DNA of 64,000 bases from the NCBI RefSeq assembly GCF_033153115.1, contig NW_026889805.1:13082001-13146000 (forward strand), read 5' to 3'. The translations under genes were made by a program, and so were the position numbers. This DNA comes from Saccostrea echinata. Taxonomy: Eukaryota. Below, one piece after another: positions 13,097 to 25,662 of the stretch. The notes under the pieces are model-generated. The model searched no databases and had not been told where the DNA came from. It saw only the letters and a program-made list of their open reading frames with translations. Positions within the stretch are counted from its first letter, which is position 1. Every line of letters begins with the position of its first letter.

Positions 13097-14142
13097 ACTC
13101 ACCAGTTGTCTTTACTTTCTTGGGTTGAAAATCATAAGTATCACGTTTCTCGTGTGATTTTCTAATATCGTTGTAATGTTTATTACTGGGCTGTTCGCTG
13201 TCCAGAGTTCCGATGGGGTAACTTGGATAGGCTCCTTGAGAAAAGTCGATCTCTTTCTCTGGTGTATCTTCTGAAATGCTGGCGATTTCCACCGTAAATG
13301 GAGAGTTTTTTGTTAATTGTTTTGTATCACAGCAAACTGGGCTCAAAGACGCAGGTGTTCTGAATTTGTTACTTGCAATTTGAAGTTCATCTAGAATGTC
13401 ATCGTCATTTTCATCTCTCCTCGTCGCAAAGCTAAGAAACCTTCTTTTTCTTTTGTTCTTCTTGAGTTTCTTTTCGATTTTTTTCTTTTTGTCAAAAGGA
13501 ACTGAATAGTTATCTTCGTAATATAAATTTCCAATTTCAACTTTATCTTTAACAGTTTGTTCACAATCTTTAAACTGTAAACTTGATACATTTATTGACT
13601 GGTACTGAGCAGGCTTAGCATCCTTAAAAGTAGATTTGCCTTGTCTTGTACCTCCCCTATTTATTACCGGTTCTGGTAGCACTTGATCATATTCAGCTGG
13701 TGATCGGTATGGATCTGTTTCTGATCCTAATGAATGACTTTTACTTTCCTCCGCAACGGTCTCTGAAAAAGACAAAATTAATTTATCTTGAATGAAATCT
13801 AATTTTTACCAAAAAACAAAAATTCATAAACTCATATGACGCACCAAATTGATGAGGCTGATCCATCTGGAACTCTCTCATTATGCTCTTTATTTGACTG
13901 GTCGAGAAACTCTGCATAAGTTCTGTCCATTGGTTTCCATGGGTGTGACAACTAAGTGCCCCAATTCTGGGACGCTTTATGCTGAAAGCTAAATCCAAAT
14001 AGTCGCGCTGAGATTGTCGGCTTCTTTCTTTCTTCCTACGATATCGCCAAAAAGAGGCACCAAGAAAAATCGTCATTATAAGGAAAATAGATATTGTAGG
14101 TATCCAGTAGAGAAAAGCCGTCTCTGGGTCTAGCTTATGCAT
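8702..14142 (-). CDS. Single-pass (type III-like) transmembrane adaptor-like protein, ~349 aa, with a C-terminal PDZ-binding motif
   Basis: Exons 14142-13845, 13762-13103 and 8793-8702 join in phase 1/1 (donors gtgcgt, gtgagt; acceptors tttttcag, ttcttcag). TM AFLYWIPTISIFLIMTIFLGASFW, then RYRRKKER. C-terminus ...ADDVSQTPV*. Linking the last exon is inferred from phase and the strong acceptor. Confidence 0.75.
10305..11425 (-). mobile_element. Helentron/HINE-like element with ~147-bp internal tandem array
   Basis: ttaacctggtcactcat recurs at about 10485, 10618, 10766, 10908, 11055 and 11202. One end reads gctcccccaacttcattgaggtgagctaa; subterminal inverted motif tcacctc/gaggtga. Confidence 0.65.
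11659..12243. mobile_element. TTAA-flanked palindromic MITE (Kolobok/piggyBac-type TSD)
   Basis: Ends ttaaaggacaag ... cttgtcctttaa. Long internal palindrome centred on actagt (~11944): catagagcacaagcttgccta / taggcaagcttgtgctctatg. Confidence 0.75.
12872..13000 (-). mobile_element. Short 3'-terminal fragment of the Penelope-like element family
   Basis: tgaagataacgaacagtgatc...gaggtgggatcgggtgtc resembles the reverse complement of the 3' ends at ~19690-19780 and 22230-22353. Confidence 0.5.
13009..13093. repeat. (TA)n microsatellite
   Basis: Pure TA run just inside the intron after the donor at 13102. Confidence 0.95.
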
Positions 14143-15231
14143 CTTTTACTACTATGGATCCAGATTAAAGTCAGGCACTAAGTCAGACTTTATCGTGCTT
14201 GTGATTACCGCCTCTTTCTGTTGTTCAAGTGAAAATCGATTCGACTAAAGAAAAAAAACATCGATCTTATAAATCAGCTTCCTTTCTGTCATATAGGTTG
14301 GGCATGATTGGATAATTTACTTGGAGATGGAACTTTTTAATACCTGATTAGAGGCTTTCAGACATTAATTTCTATCTAGTTATTGTGAACTTCAAAGACT
14401 AAAATTGAAAGTAAACGTTTATAGTAATATGATGAGGTTTGTATATACGTCAGAATTTTTTTTAAAACAATTTTTTTTTGGATTAGGTTTCTCTGAAATC
14501 TGGTTGCTACATAACACGTTTAATAATACATCAGCAAGAGCAGCAATATCTTGTAATCCTACTCCTTGAATCGCTATCAAAACAGAGACAGGCACGAATG
14601 TTTTGTCAAATCTGTATCTAATTATAAGCAAATCTATCAACAGGCCTATGAGTATAGTAATAATAAAGAGAATGTGGTTTCATATCAGAATAATTCACTG
14701 TCATATTGTAGATTAAACTTGCACATATATGAAACAAATTCAATTTAACAACTGGAATAATTGATTTTTTTTTTCAAAATTATATTCTAAGTGAACAATA
14801 GAAAACACGTTCGTCTAGAAAAATAGATTTTTTATAAAGGCTTGTGCTAAACTTACTTTGAATTTATTTCATACAGCCTCAAAAGTCCTTTGAGTTTAAA
14901 TGAAACATTGTGAAATAATATTGACATACCGAAATTCTTGGACGGAAATGTAGCGATGGTGACGCTACTTGGCTCTACCATTTGCTCTATAAACATATTG
15001 ATTAAACGTTCAATTCGAAGATCAATTCCCTACCTGTCGATGAGCAAGAGATAAGCAGTTTTAGTAAATTATTTAGACGTTTATTTATATGTGGCAAATA
15101 ATTTAATTGATAAATATTGAGTTTATTAATAATAAATGTAATCGTTTCCGTTTTGATGCTATGCTTTGTTACGTATGAATAAGACGTGACACGAGTCATG
15201 GGGCATATTCTTCCTATAGTAATCAAAGTTA

Positions 15232-15487
15232 CAGGCCCGTAGGAAGCAATTTCAGTTGGGGGGGGGGGGGGCACAGCCATACATTTTCAGTTGAGGGGGC
15301 ACTATCAACTACCAAAAATTTCTTGACAAGCAAAAAAAAAGGTCATCAGACGTTTTTATTGAGGAGGCACAGGCATATAGTATCTCTGTTTTCTATAGTA
15401 ATCTATATATCGGCAAAATTATTGGGGGGGGGGGGCACGGCCCCCGTGCCTGTCTCCCCCCCCCCCCCCCCGGTTCCTACGGCCATG
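15232..15487. mobile_element. Short MITE with G/C homopolymer arms (hAT-like termini)
   Basis: Inverted termini caggcccgtaggaa ... ttcctacggccatg, with poly-G and poly-C tracts. Confidence 0.6.
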
Positions 15488-15757
15488 AGTTATATGATTA
15501 TGTTCATTTATTCCAACATTTTAAAGCAAAGATGAAACGTGACGTTGCTTTAGACATTTGACGTTATTATCTGTGCGCCGTAAGGTGATGCCACACATAA
15601 CTTAAAATCGCATATGTTGTTTATTTGAGCATATATCAATTTGAAATTTGCTATGTACATTGATAAAAAAATAAAAAATGTACTGAAGAGTAGGGAAAAT
15701 TTTAGAAAGCAATATTTTTCACTATAGACACCTTATCGACAAGCTTACCGGATAACC

Positions 15758-15763
<6 letters not shown>

Positions 15764-15829
<66 letters not shown>
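15764..15829. repeat. (TA)n microsatellite
   Basis: Pure TA run. Confidence 0.95.
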
Positions 15830-15833
<4 letters not shown>

Positions 15834-16756
15834 CCAAGTATGTTTCAATGTTTCAGTAAGCCGAACACTTCATTAATCCGGGCAATTTGCTCGGAAACAC
15901 AAGTGTCCGGATTAACAAGGCGCAACTGTTTGTTAGAACATATATACTGGTGATACACATAAAAAGGCAAAAATCACTTTATACCACGTGTGATGCACAA
16001 CTTCAAAGGAACAAACCGGCTTTATTATTAACCTTAAGTAAGTCAAAATTATAATATATGAAACGCGAGTAGATTCATTGATATTTATTATTCAGTTAGA
16101 ATAATTCTTTATGGCAACATACAGTATGCTCTTTGTTCAGTGATAGATTATTCCACATAATCCTTAAAAAGAAACGGGACATCAATTTGGAAAAAAATTG
16201 GTAGTCTGTTTTGATTTTATTTTTTGTTTCGATTTAATAATAAATTGATCAAACAAGAACTATGCGTTTTCTCTGCTGCCACTGAGAAATGTATTCCCTG
16301 TTCATTAATTATTAAATGTGACATGTAAACTCAGTATTTTGTATAGGGATTGATAAAAACAACGCGGTCTATTTAAAGTAGGGTTTTCACAACACTGCCA
16401 TGAATCTACATTACAATATTAGAAAACAGAGCATAAAAAAGAATTGTACAATAATTCTATTCATTTCAAATTAATGTAAACAAATGGAATTTCTCTCTGA
16501 CAGGAATTCATTAAATATTTAATGATAAAAAGCATTTGTACTGTCATAGGTACATAGTGGGCTAACGTAAGAAGATTCAGTTAGAGACATTGCGTGTAAA
16601 AATCAGATATCTTGCGTGTTCTTCCCACAACGTGATGCGTCAATTCTCAGTGAAATCTCTTTTTAGTTTCCTGGAAATATTGATTGATTAGACATATGCA
16701 TGTAAAAATATAATTCAGAATATAAAGATATTTATTATTATTTTTTTTTTTTTCTT

Positions 16757-16787
<31 letters not shown>

Positions 16788-16950
16788 GAAAGTTGATTTA
16801 TTCTATTTACATAATAAACAATATCAATGTTGTTGTTGTTTTCCCAGTCTCTCTTCAATATTGAATTATTCTATATAATTTATTTCCCAGTGTTTTCTTC
16901 TATATTGCAAACTTTGAGTACATGTGTTCCTTCTCATACATAAGACATAT

Positions 16951-17054
16951 CTATTTGGCCCTTGAAGTTGAACTTTCCTTCGGGTCCATAAATTTCTTTC
17001 CAGTAAAGTCTGTATAATTTTCACAATCTTTGATGGCAGAATTTGGTACCTGTG

Positions 17055-17129
<75 letters not shown>

Positions 17130-20100
17130 GGGGTGTAACTCTTCGGCTGTCAATTAATCTAATTTCTTTTGTTTCTTGTCAATAACTGACTTTAAATATT
17201 AAACAAACCTTTGTAAGAGGAGTGTAGCAGGGGTGATGGTGAACTTTGACTGGGTTATTGTGACGTGTATTATAACACATAAGGTACGCCCATCGCCGTC
17301 TGTCGGAATCATTTGGTCCGCTGCAGTGAAGCAGATTACAGTGGAAAATCAGGGCGTCCCCTAAAAATGGAAATATATCTTAACAGATCTTTATTACACC
17401 TAAAAATAGTATAAAAGTTCTTTTTTCAATTATTTTTCTTAAATGAAAGCAAATGATCATTGTTATTCGTGACCACTGTTACACACATATATAAAATCAC
17501 GAGTAAAACATAGATAGGAATTGGGCAATAATGATCTGAAAAGGTGATATAATAATTGCAATTTATGCAAATTACCCATACAGATTTTTTTTCAGTTATG
17601 ATAATTTCTATCCTCTCTTCTGAACAAAATGAATGACTTTGGGTTTTTAATATGAATATAATATGCAATAAATGAAACTTACCTGGGTCTAATTCTACAT
17701 ATACTAGGTCCAGTTTCTTTTTGAGTTCTCTAACTCTGTCAATGTCTGCCGCTGTCTGACCAGCTACCATACTGTGGTCAATTCGATCACATTTGTGTGA
17801 TCCCTTCAGAACCTTCCACAATATAGATTTATAGTAGTACATTACAAACAACGAAATCTTCGGATGACCAACAAGATTATGGTCGTGCACAGCAGAAAAC
17901 TAAATATAATAACCAGGGTTTTTTTATGTTGACATGTATGATAGAATTTCCTAGAAGTTTCACCTTCAAACAGCCATTACTTTTTTCACACTTATCCAAA
18001 GCCACAAACACTGTCAGCATTTCTGGGAAGAGACATCCATTTTTGTACCAATAACTAGATAATTTAAAAAGGAAAGTCTGTATATGTTTTAGGAAAATAC
18101 GTGGAATTCAAAGCTTCATTAACAATAAATATCTTGAACTCACACACACATGTATACGTTTCATATAAATCTAAAACAAAGAGGCAAGTGCAATACAAAA
18201 AATTAATCTAATACTAGGAGGAATTTAATTTTATGTAGTAAATGTTAGCACAGATTAAAGAGGACTAAAATTAAGCATTTTGTCTGCATTAAAACTGAGA
18301 GGAATGGGATGGTCGTCAATAATATTTTTTTTAATTTCCAGATATTTGGTCATATAAGTATTATACATATCTTTCATTTTTGACCTTAAAGTTTCTCTCA
18401 TAAAAATCTTTTAATTACAAAGATACATTACAAGATTCATTGATTGTTTTCCCAAGCCATTGTCTATATTCCTCATTATGATATTTTTCTGCTGTGAAGG
18501 AAAAACTTCAGACGTACTGTGCTACTAGTAACATGTATTCAAAAAGTTTTTAATTTTAAATTTTTTAAAAGTTCTGATGACTTTTTGAGAATACACAAGA
18601 TTTTCCAAAACCAATACCTGCCGTTAAGGAGGAACTTTAGAGGTACTGTGCTACTATATAGTGCTACTTTTTCTCAGGAAGTGATGTTAATCAAATGTGG
18701 ATTCTCAAAAATTCAAAAGAACATTTAGAAAATTTAAAATCACAAGATTTTTCCAAAATCAATAACATTAAAATATATAATTTTTCTACACTTTGTACAG
18801 TCATTCTTTACAATAAAATAAGATGGGCTTTCTGAAATCATAAGCAACAGCACCTCAATAAAACAATGTTTTATATTGTGATTGACCACCTACTTAATAA
18901 ATTTGCTTTAAAAAACAATCTGATTTAAAACACAAGTAGTCTGAAGTTGATATTAAAGGGATGCTGACAATATCTATGTAGTCCTTGGAGACCAGGTCTT
19001 CCAATACCCTTTTAAAATTAGATGGGCACTTACATTGCCCCTTTATTAGTGGATATGGTTTATATTCTTACGAAGCGGAATTAATTCAAAATCTTCAACA
19101 AAAGAAGAAACAAACCTGGTGTGGTCTGTTATTCTATTTTTAGATATATCAACGACGTTTTATTAATTAATAATAGTTGCTTTTATTCCTATGTCAACTT
19201 GATATATCCTTGTGAACTTGAAATAAAAGACACCACAGAGTTATCACATCCTTTTCTTATTCGGATGTTTTACTGACTGTATACATTAATGGCAAACTAG
19301 CACCTACACTATATGATAAACGAGATGACTCCAGCTTTTCCATCGTCAGCTTCCCTTATTTATGTAAAAATATTCATTATCACCTACATATGGTGTTTAT
19401 CTCTCCCAGCTGATTCGGTACGCTAGAGCATGCTCTACATGAATTTTTAAACTGTGACAAGCTACTGACACATAAGTTGATCTTACGAGATTTTCAACAA
19501 CATCTTTAAAAGTCGGAATTTTGCAAATTCTATGGTCGTTATAACAGCATTGTTTGCAAATACAACCTATAGCTGGATTGTATTTTACCTGACATGTTTC
19601 ACACCAATTGGTCGGCCATTGTTTTGACTACGGAATACTCCATTTGCTTGCTCAATACAGAGGGCTAATGACACGTGTTACCGTCGACAGGGGATACTTA
19701 CTCATCCTAGACACCTTATCCTACCTCCCTTTTTTCCAGGGGTCTGTTTTTTGCCCAGTTCACGATTTCTATTGTTTGCAGGATTTACCTGATCAATCAC
19801 TATTTGGTCAACCTGGCCCATTCAAAATTTTTACCACTGATTATTTTTACAACAAAATTTGCTATATCTGATCTGAAAAAAGATTTCTATTTACATAAAT
19901 AGTACATGTAATTAAAAGGTTTTTGATGTCTTTATATTACGTAGCATGCTTTTATATGTTCTTTTCTACTAAATTTTCTTCCCTGTTGTCAACAAAACTG
20001 CATTGTCCATTTTTCGCAGCATTCAAACCTTCACAAAATGTAATAACTGCAGGAACTTCTAAACGAAACTTTATTTTTGACTTTTTTAAATAAAAAATGA

Positions 20101-23100
20101 TCTAAAAGAGCTACTGGGCGATCCTAATATTGGTTCTACTATTTCTAGAGTTTATACTTCCTCCATTAACGATGGGGAGGACTTATTTTAAATTAACAAT
20201 TCAATCAAGTCAATTTATACATTGTTCTCATAATAATAACACTAATATTCATGTTTAATGTTCTTTCAATTATTTTTTCACACTTAAAGACTAATTTATT
20301 TCAGTGGTTAGAGCGTTTGCTCTAAAGTCGCAGAGTAAGGAGTTAATCCTTATGTCGCGGGTGTGAATCCATTTGCGCTACGTGGAAACCGGTCTTTCGG
20401 ATGAGACCGTATAAACCGAGGTCGCCTGTCAAAGTAGCTGTTGGCACGAAAAAGATCCCTCATTGCTCAAATGCCGAGTACAGATCTTAATTTGCAGCCC
20501 TTCATCGGCAAGTGGTGGATTCTCAATATGAGTGAAAAATTCTCGAATGGACGTTAAACAAACAAACCAAAAAAACTAATTTATTTCTAAAAAAAAAAAT
20601 AAATAAAAATAATAAGATTCCAATTCAGATCATATAATATGAACAGTATATGAATTTCCTATCGTTATAATGTCTTGCATTTATTTCTAATTCGTTTAAA
20701 ATATATTCGTAGATTGTATATTTATTATTAAGTCTAAAGTCTACCCGTAGTCTTGGTGCCACAAGAAAGTTCCCCCTGACTTGGCATTTTTCTGGATTAA
20801 CTTCCCATGGTAATGATAAACTTCGTCTCCTCCAAGTAACTAAATCAAATTTTTTAAAAAAAGTTATCTTTTTCTTAGGACATAAAACACAGATATAGAG
20901 TTATAGCGAGCGCAGCGAGCTTAATAGAATAACGTGTAAGAAAAGAGGAAAATCGGAATGACATATACGTCAGGCAAATTTTGGTGTGAAACCTTCCCAG
21001 AATTCCCCCACTACTAGGATTCCATGCCATAATGGCTAATATAAAAATCATATATAATATAAAAGGCATGCAGTTTTAATAGAGCTTAAAAGAAACAAAA
21101 AATAATTTAAAATTTCAAGGAACTTTTGGAAAATTTGAAATCACAAAATTTTACCAAAATCAACAACATAAAAACTTACGACTTTTCAACTTTATATACA
21201 ACCATTCCCCATGATAAATTAAAGTCCAGGCTTTTTGATATCATTTACAGCTGTCAGTATAACATGTAGGGAGAGTGCGAATTAAGTTTTTAGAACTTGT
21301 GCCCAATCCCACTGTATATATTTATTGCAATAAAATATTTCAAATCAGCTGTTTTTTCAATAAAAATGGAACTCGTAAATATACTTACCTTGTCATTGGT
21401 TATTTGCAAAATAATTTTGTTAAAAAACATTCGGCACTCTGAAGTCGATATTAAAAAGATGTTCGAGTTTCTGATTGACAATATATATGTGGTTTTTGGA
21501 GACCAGGTCTTCCAACAATCTGTTGGAATTCACATGGAACCAATTGCGCCCCGTTATTAGCAGACCTATTTTTTGTATTCATATGAAGTAGAATTTGTTC
21601 AAAATCTTATACATGAAAAAAAGAAAACACTTGCTGTGGCCTTCAAATCGACATTTAAATATATCGACGATGTATTGTCAATTAACAATGGTTATTTCCA
21701 TTCTTATGTCGATACGATATATCCCGGTGAGCTTGAGATAAAATATACCACAGAGTCTTACACATCTGTTTCATATTTGGATATTTTACTAGAAAAAGAC
21801 GTTAATGGTATTGTAACAACCAAGTTTTATGTGGTGACTTTAACTTTTCAACCATCAACTTCCCTTACTTATGTAACAATATACCTTCATCACCTGCATA
21901 TGGGGTTTATATCTCTCAGTTGATTCGATACGCAAGAGCATGCTCTACGTATGAGCAATTTCTAAAACGAGGTAAGTTATTGACAAACAAGTTGATGAAA
22001 CAAGAATATCAGTAGTCTCGTTTGAAGTCGTCATTTTGTAAGTTCTATGGTCGATACAATGACAATGTCAGCAAATACAATTTATCATTAAGTCATATGC
22101 TGACTGACTTTTTTCATACTAATTGTTAGGCCATTATTTACACATCGAATTGTCGACGGATTTTTTCCGTTATTTCCCGATCATGACAAGGAGCACACGG
22201 CGGGTGTGCCCGGTAGACATGGGATGCTCACTCCTCCATGGTACCTTATCCCACCTCTGATGTTTTAGAGGTCTGTGTTTGCTCTGCTCCAAAATTTGTA
22301 TTGTTTAATGGACTTTTGAGTTTGAATACTGTTCGTTGTCTCCGTACATTTCATTACAGCTACTCTACAATGTATTTCGTGAAATATTGCACTAGGCCTG
22401 TAGTTCTACCAGACGCTCGGCTGTCTCCGTAAATTCATGTGATGTCACATTCTAGACTGTGTCTCGTGCGGTTTGAAGTTTGAAGACGCGGATCAATGTT
22501 ACAAGTGTAAGCTATGTAACGGTTTTTTATGATACAACGGCGCTCGCCCCAACGGTCACACCGTAAAACATATTAGATAATTTGCATTGTTAACTAGGAA
22601 ATCTAAATTGCTAAAACGTCGGCATGTGAATTATGTGCTATCCCATGATGTTTTTCTAATTTCTTTTCTTCAATGAATTTACAATAGTAATGCCCTCTTT
22701 TGATAAATAATGTACTTTTTTAAAGTGTATTATATTTATCTATAGCGTTTTCTCTCTTAATTTTTTTCTAGTTTTTTAGTCCCCTAATCTAAATAATATC
22801 ACTGTGAATTCATGATATGAAATATCAGAAATATGATACCTTTTCCGCTGCATTGACCACTTTTTCAGATCTAGCTGCCATTCCTGTGACATCATTTCCG
22901 GGATGACACCACACCGTCAGATTAACCTCTCGTCCCAAACTGTCATCTACCTGTGTCAAAATGTCAACGATATCTGTGAGTTTTTCCCAAACAGATTCAA
23001 TTAATTCGTTTAATTCATGTTATACAAATCTGTGCTTCGTATTTAATCTACGTACCCTCATTTTATTGTTGACAACTTCTTCGGTATCTTCAAAGCATTT

Positions 23101-23641
23101 CTTTAGTTTTCGGACTTCTTCAGCATCAAAGAAGTTTCTTGAATAAATTGAGAAAAGAGAGCTTTTTTCCTTTTTAAATATGTTGCAATTATTTTGAATA
23201 CATCACAATTCTGTTTTTATGAGTTTTTGTCAAACTTACTTTATAATGATAAATCCATTGTCATTAAACTCCTTTAACCTCTCTTTTGTGATTTCAAAAT
23301 TATTTCCTAAAAATACAGAAACACTGTGTAATGCGCATGAATTATTCATTGGAATATTCAGCTAAAAATTATTAGTAACTAAACTTCACACTTTTATGAT
23401 AGAAACTAGAGACCATATATTGCTGTACTTTTTATATTGTGTTTACGTTTTCTTGATTCCTTACCATGTTGATGATTAACGAACGATCGATATGCATTGC
23501 TGTAGTTTTTATTATCGTTAAAAAACGTTATATAATCCACATATACTTACAAAATATCGTGGAAGGCGGTAGATATAACCTGCTTGGAGAGAACTTCCAG
23601 TCCTCTCTTTCTTTTTTAAGGATATTTTTCTTACCTGACAT
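16951..23641 (-). CDS. PhyH-family Fe(II)/2-oxoglutarate dioxygenase copy 1 (L-proline trans-4-hydroxylase/ectoine hydroxylase-like), ~277 aa
   Basis: Nine exons, all GT-AG and in phase: 23641-23635, 23306-23240, 23137-23056, 22950-22840, 20839-20745, 18054-17964, 17812-17683, 17360-17209, 17049-16951. Motifs [19 protein letters not shown] (HxD), [35 protein letters not shown] (distal His and 2OG-binding Arg). Confidence 0.92.
17058..17126. repeat. (TA)n microsatellite abutting the last acceptor of PhyH1
   Basis: TA run directly upstream (minus strand) of attcacag|GTACCA. Confidence 0.95.
18290..19790 (+). mobile_element. Degenerate Penelope-like retroelement RT fragment (PhyH1 intron)
   Basis: Frameshifted peptides [34 protein letters not shown] and LYDKRDD; same family as 21095-22353. 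Confidence 0.7.
20303..20574 (+). mobile_element. tRNA-derived SINE with Deu/Nin-like core
   Basis: A-box-like tcagtggttagagc, B-box-like gtgtgaatcc, core gtctttcggatgagaccgtataaaccgagg and an (AAAC)n tail. 13-bp TSD actaatttatttc at 20290-20302 and 20575-20587. Confidence 0.8.
21095..22353 (+). mobile_element. Penelope-like retroelement RT, 5'-truncated and frameshifted (PhyH1 intron)
   Basis: Peptides [52 protein letters not shown] and SYLDILL, i.e. PLE-type RT motifs. Confidence 0.85.
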
Positions 23642-23910
23642 ATCTACTGTCCTCCTGATATGCCTAAATACAATGTTGATATACCTTGCATATTGTCCAG
23701 CTATCAGCTGCGATGAAATGTATAAACATGTCCCAGTGAAGCAGTGATAATACGTATAAAGTACTATAAAATAAAGGTGTCCTAAATCTGAATATTTTTA
23801 GGCTACTACAAGTAATTTATAGCTTAAATTTTAGTACTTATCACTTTACTCTTTACACTTTTCCCGAATTAATCATTTTACAGTAGTATGATTCTAATCC
23901 CGCAAATAAT

Positions 23911-24480
23911 TTATTGTCCTCCGCTTTTGAAAAAGCGAGGGACATTAAGTCTCATTCGTCCGTCAGTCTGTCCATCTGTCACCTAACATTAAACTTTAAC
24001 CTTGTAATAATTTTTTAATGAGAGGAGATAAGGATTTCATATTTTACATGTACCTTACCTGTGACAAGACCTTTCCAAATATACTATGAATTTCAACCCC
24101 GGCACCTTGAAATTTGACCTATTTTTCAAAAATTGGTTAAAACTTCAGAGAATATATGGTATTCATATTTGACATGTGCATTACCTGTGACAAGACGTTA
24201 ACTATGACACCTTTCAGAAAGAACTATTACTTTTGACTTCATGACCTTGACCCTGAAGTTTGACATAATTATCGAATACTTTTAACTTTGGCCATAACTT
24301 TTGCTCCAGAGGAGACACGGCTTTTATATTTTTTTTCACATGTACATTACTTGTGACAAGACTTTCGGATTGTATTATGATTTTGGACCTCATGACCTTG
24401 ATCTTGAAGTTTGATGTAGTTTTGAGAAGCTTTAATCTTTGCCGAAACTCTTATCAATTCAATAATTTGTATCTTTTTTA
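23911..24480 (+). mobile_element. HINE-like element lying between the divergent PhyH1 and Gfo1 starts
   Basis: Terminal hairpin gtcctccgcttttgaaaaagcgagggac, GTCC/GTCT microsatellite, internal repeats with gtgacaagac (24061, 24187, 24353). Confidence 0.55.
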
Positions 24481-25470
24481 TGATGGACAGACAAAACAGG
24501 ACATACGAACAAGACATTTACAATATGCCACTAAGAACTGCATCCCAACTACTAAGGCACTAAATGCAAGAGACTACAATTCTTTGAATTTGCTTGTTTT
24601 GTCTTGGATTTCGGTGCTCCTTTACTTTGCTTTCAGGATTTTGTCAGATTAAAATTTATTGTCTTTTTATGAGAATATGGACTTTGATAATAACATGCAA
24701 GTGAAACTTAGAACAGAAAAATTATATCTTCAAAATATACCCCTTCAAATTAATATCCAGGCTTATGGAAACTCTCTTTTACTTTAGAAAGGTTAATAAA
24801 CACAAATCTTTTATACAAGTTTACTCTGGTAATATTGTTACTATGCAATCAGTTTTAATTAAACTATCCTTCCATCTTTTAAAAACATTTTAACATCAAG
24901 TTTTGTGTCATGAATAGTATTAAGTAATGTTAAAAATCCTTTAATGAATAAATTCAAATTCAAAGAATGCAATAATTGCGCTCTATTATGTACATCAATA
25001 TTTATTTCAAACAGCAAAAGAATTGACTAATAGGCTTCGTTTTATAACTTTTTGTTAATAAAATAGAAAAAACATCACACCTTCGTCTCTCATTGATTCT
25101 TAACCATTATATCCTTCCCCTATTTCAAGAAATATGTAGATCGCTTGATAATTGTTTGATGTTCAGAATAATGTAAGCATTTTAGAGAAATAATCATATA
25201 AGAAGAGTTTAGAACATAATAAATTCTTGATAAATCATACTTATACCAATTATTACCAAATCAGTCGAAGACTTTATATCTAGGGACTTTATTAAGAAAA
25301 TGCTGAAAAGATTTTTTTTATGTAGACCTCTGCGTAGATGCTGCAGAGCACTGGCCTTGAAATGCATATAAACATGCTATGCTTGGTGATGACATAATCT
25401 CCAAATGTAAAATAATAAGAGAAAAACAAACTATAAATGATAAAACATGAGTGTCCATTTAAGGCATATT

Positions 25471-25524
25471 TGGGTCGTCTTCGTAGAGACCCAACTATTT
25501 GAATCCTTGAGTGGTGTATAAATA
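25471..25524 (+). promoter_or_regulatory. Candidate Gfo1 core promoter (TGGGTCRTCTTC motif plus TATA)
   Basis: tgggtcgtcttc at 25471 is conserved as tgggtcatcttc at 36592 upstream of Gfo2. gtataaata lies at ~25516, before a 5'UTR exon ending at 25576 (aag|gttagt). Confidence 0.4.
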
Positions 25525-25662
25525 TTGTGCGAAACAAGAAACGGGAGATCGGCAGGAAACTACTGAGAAGAAAAAGGTTAGTATAAAAAATCTTTATTAA
25601 ATACATCTTATGCAAAATTTGATCACTTGATATGTATCGTTTTGATATTACTATAATTATAG

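Noticed and set aside
13008-13102. YIYIYI tails of ORFs 13008-13775, 12917-13102 and 16866-17153
   Set aside because: Read-through into (TA)n microsatellites beyond the real splice sites.
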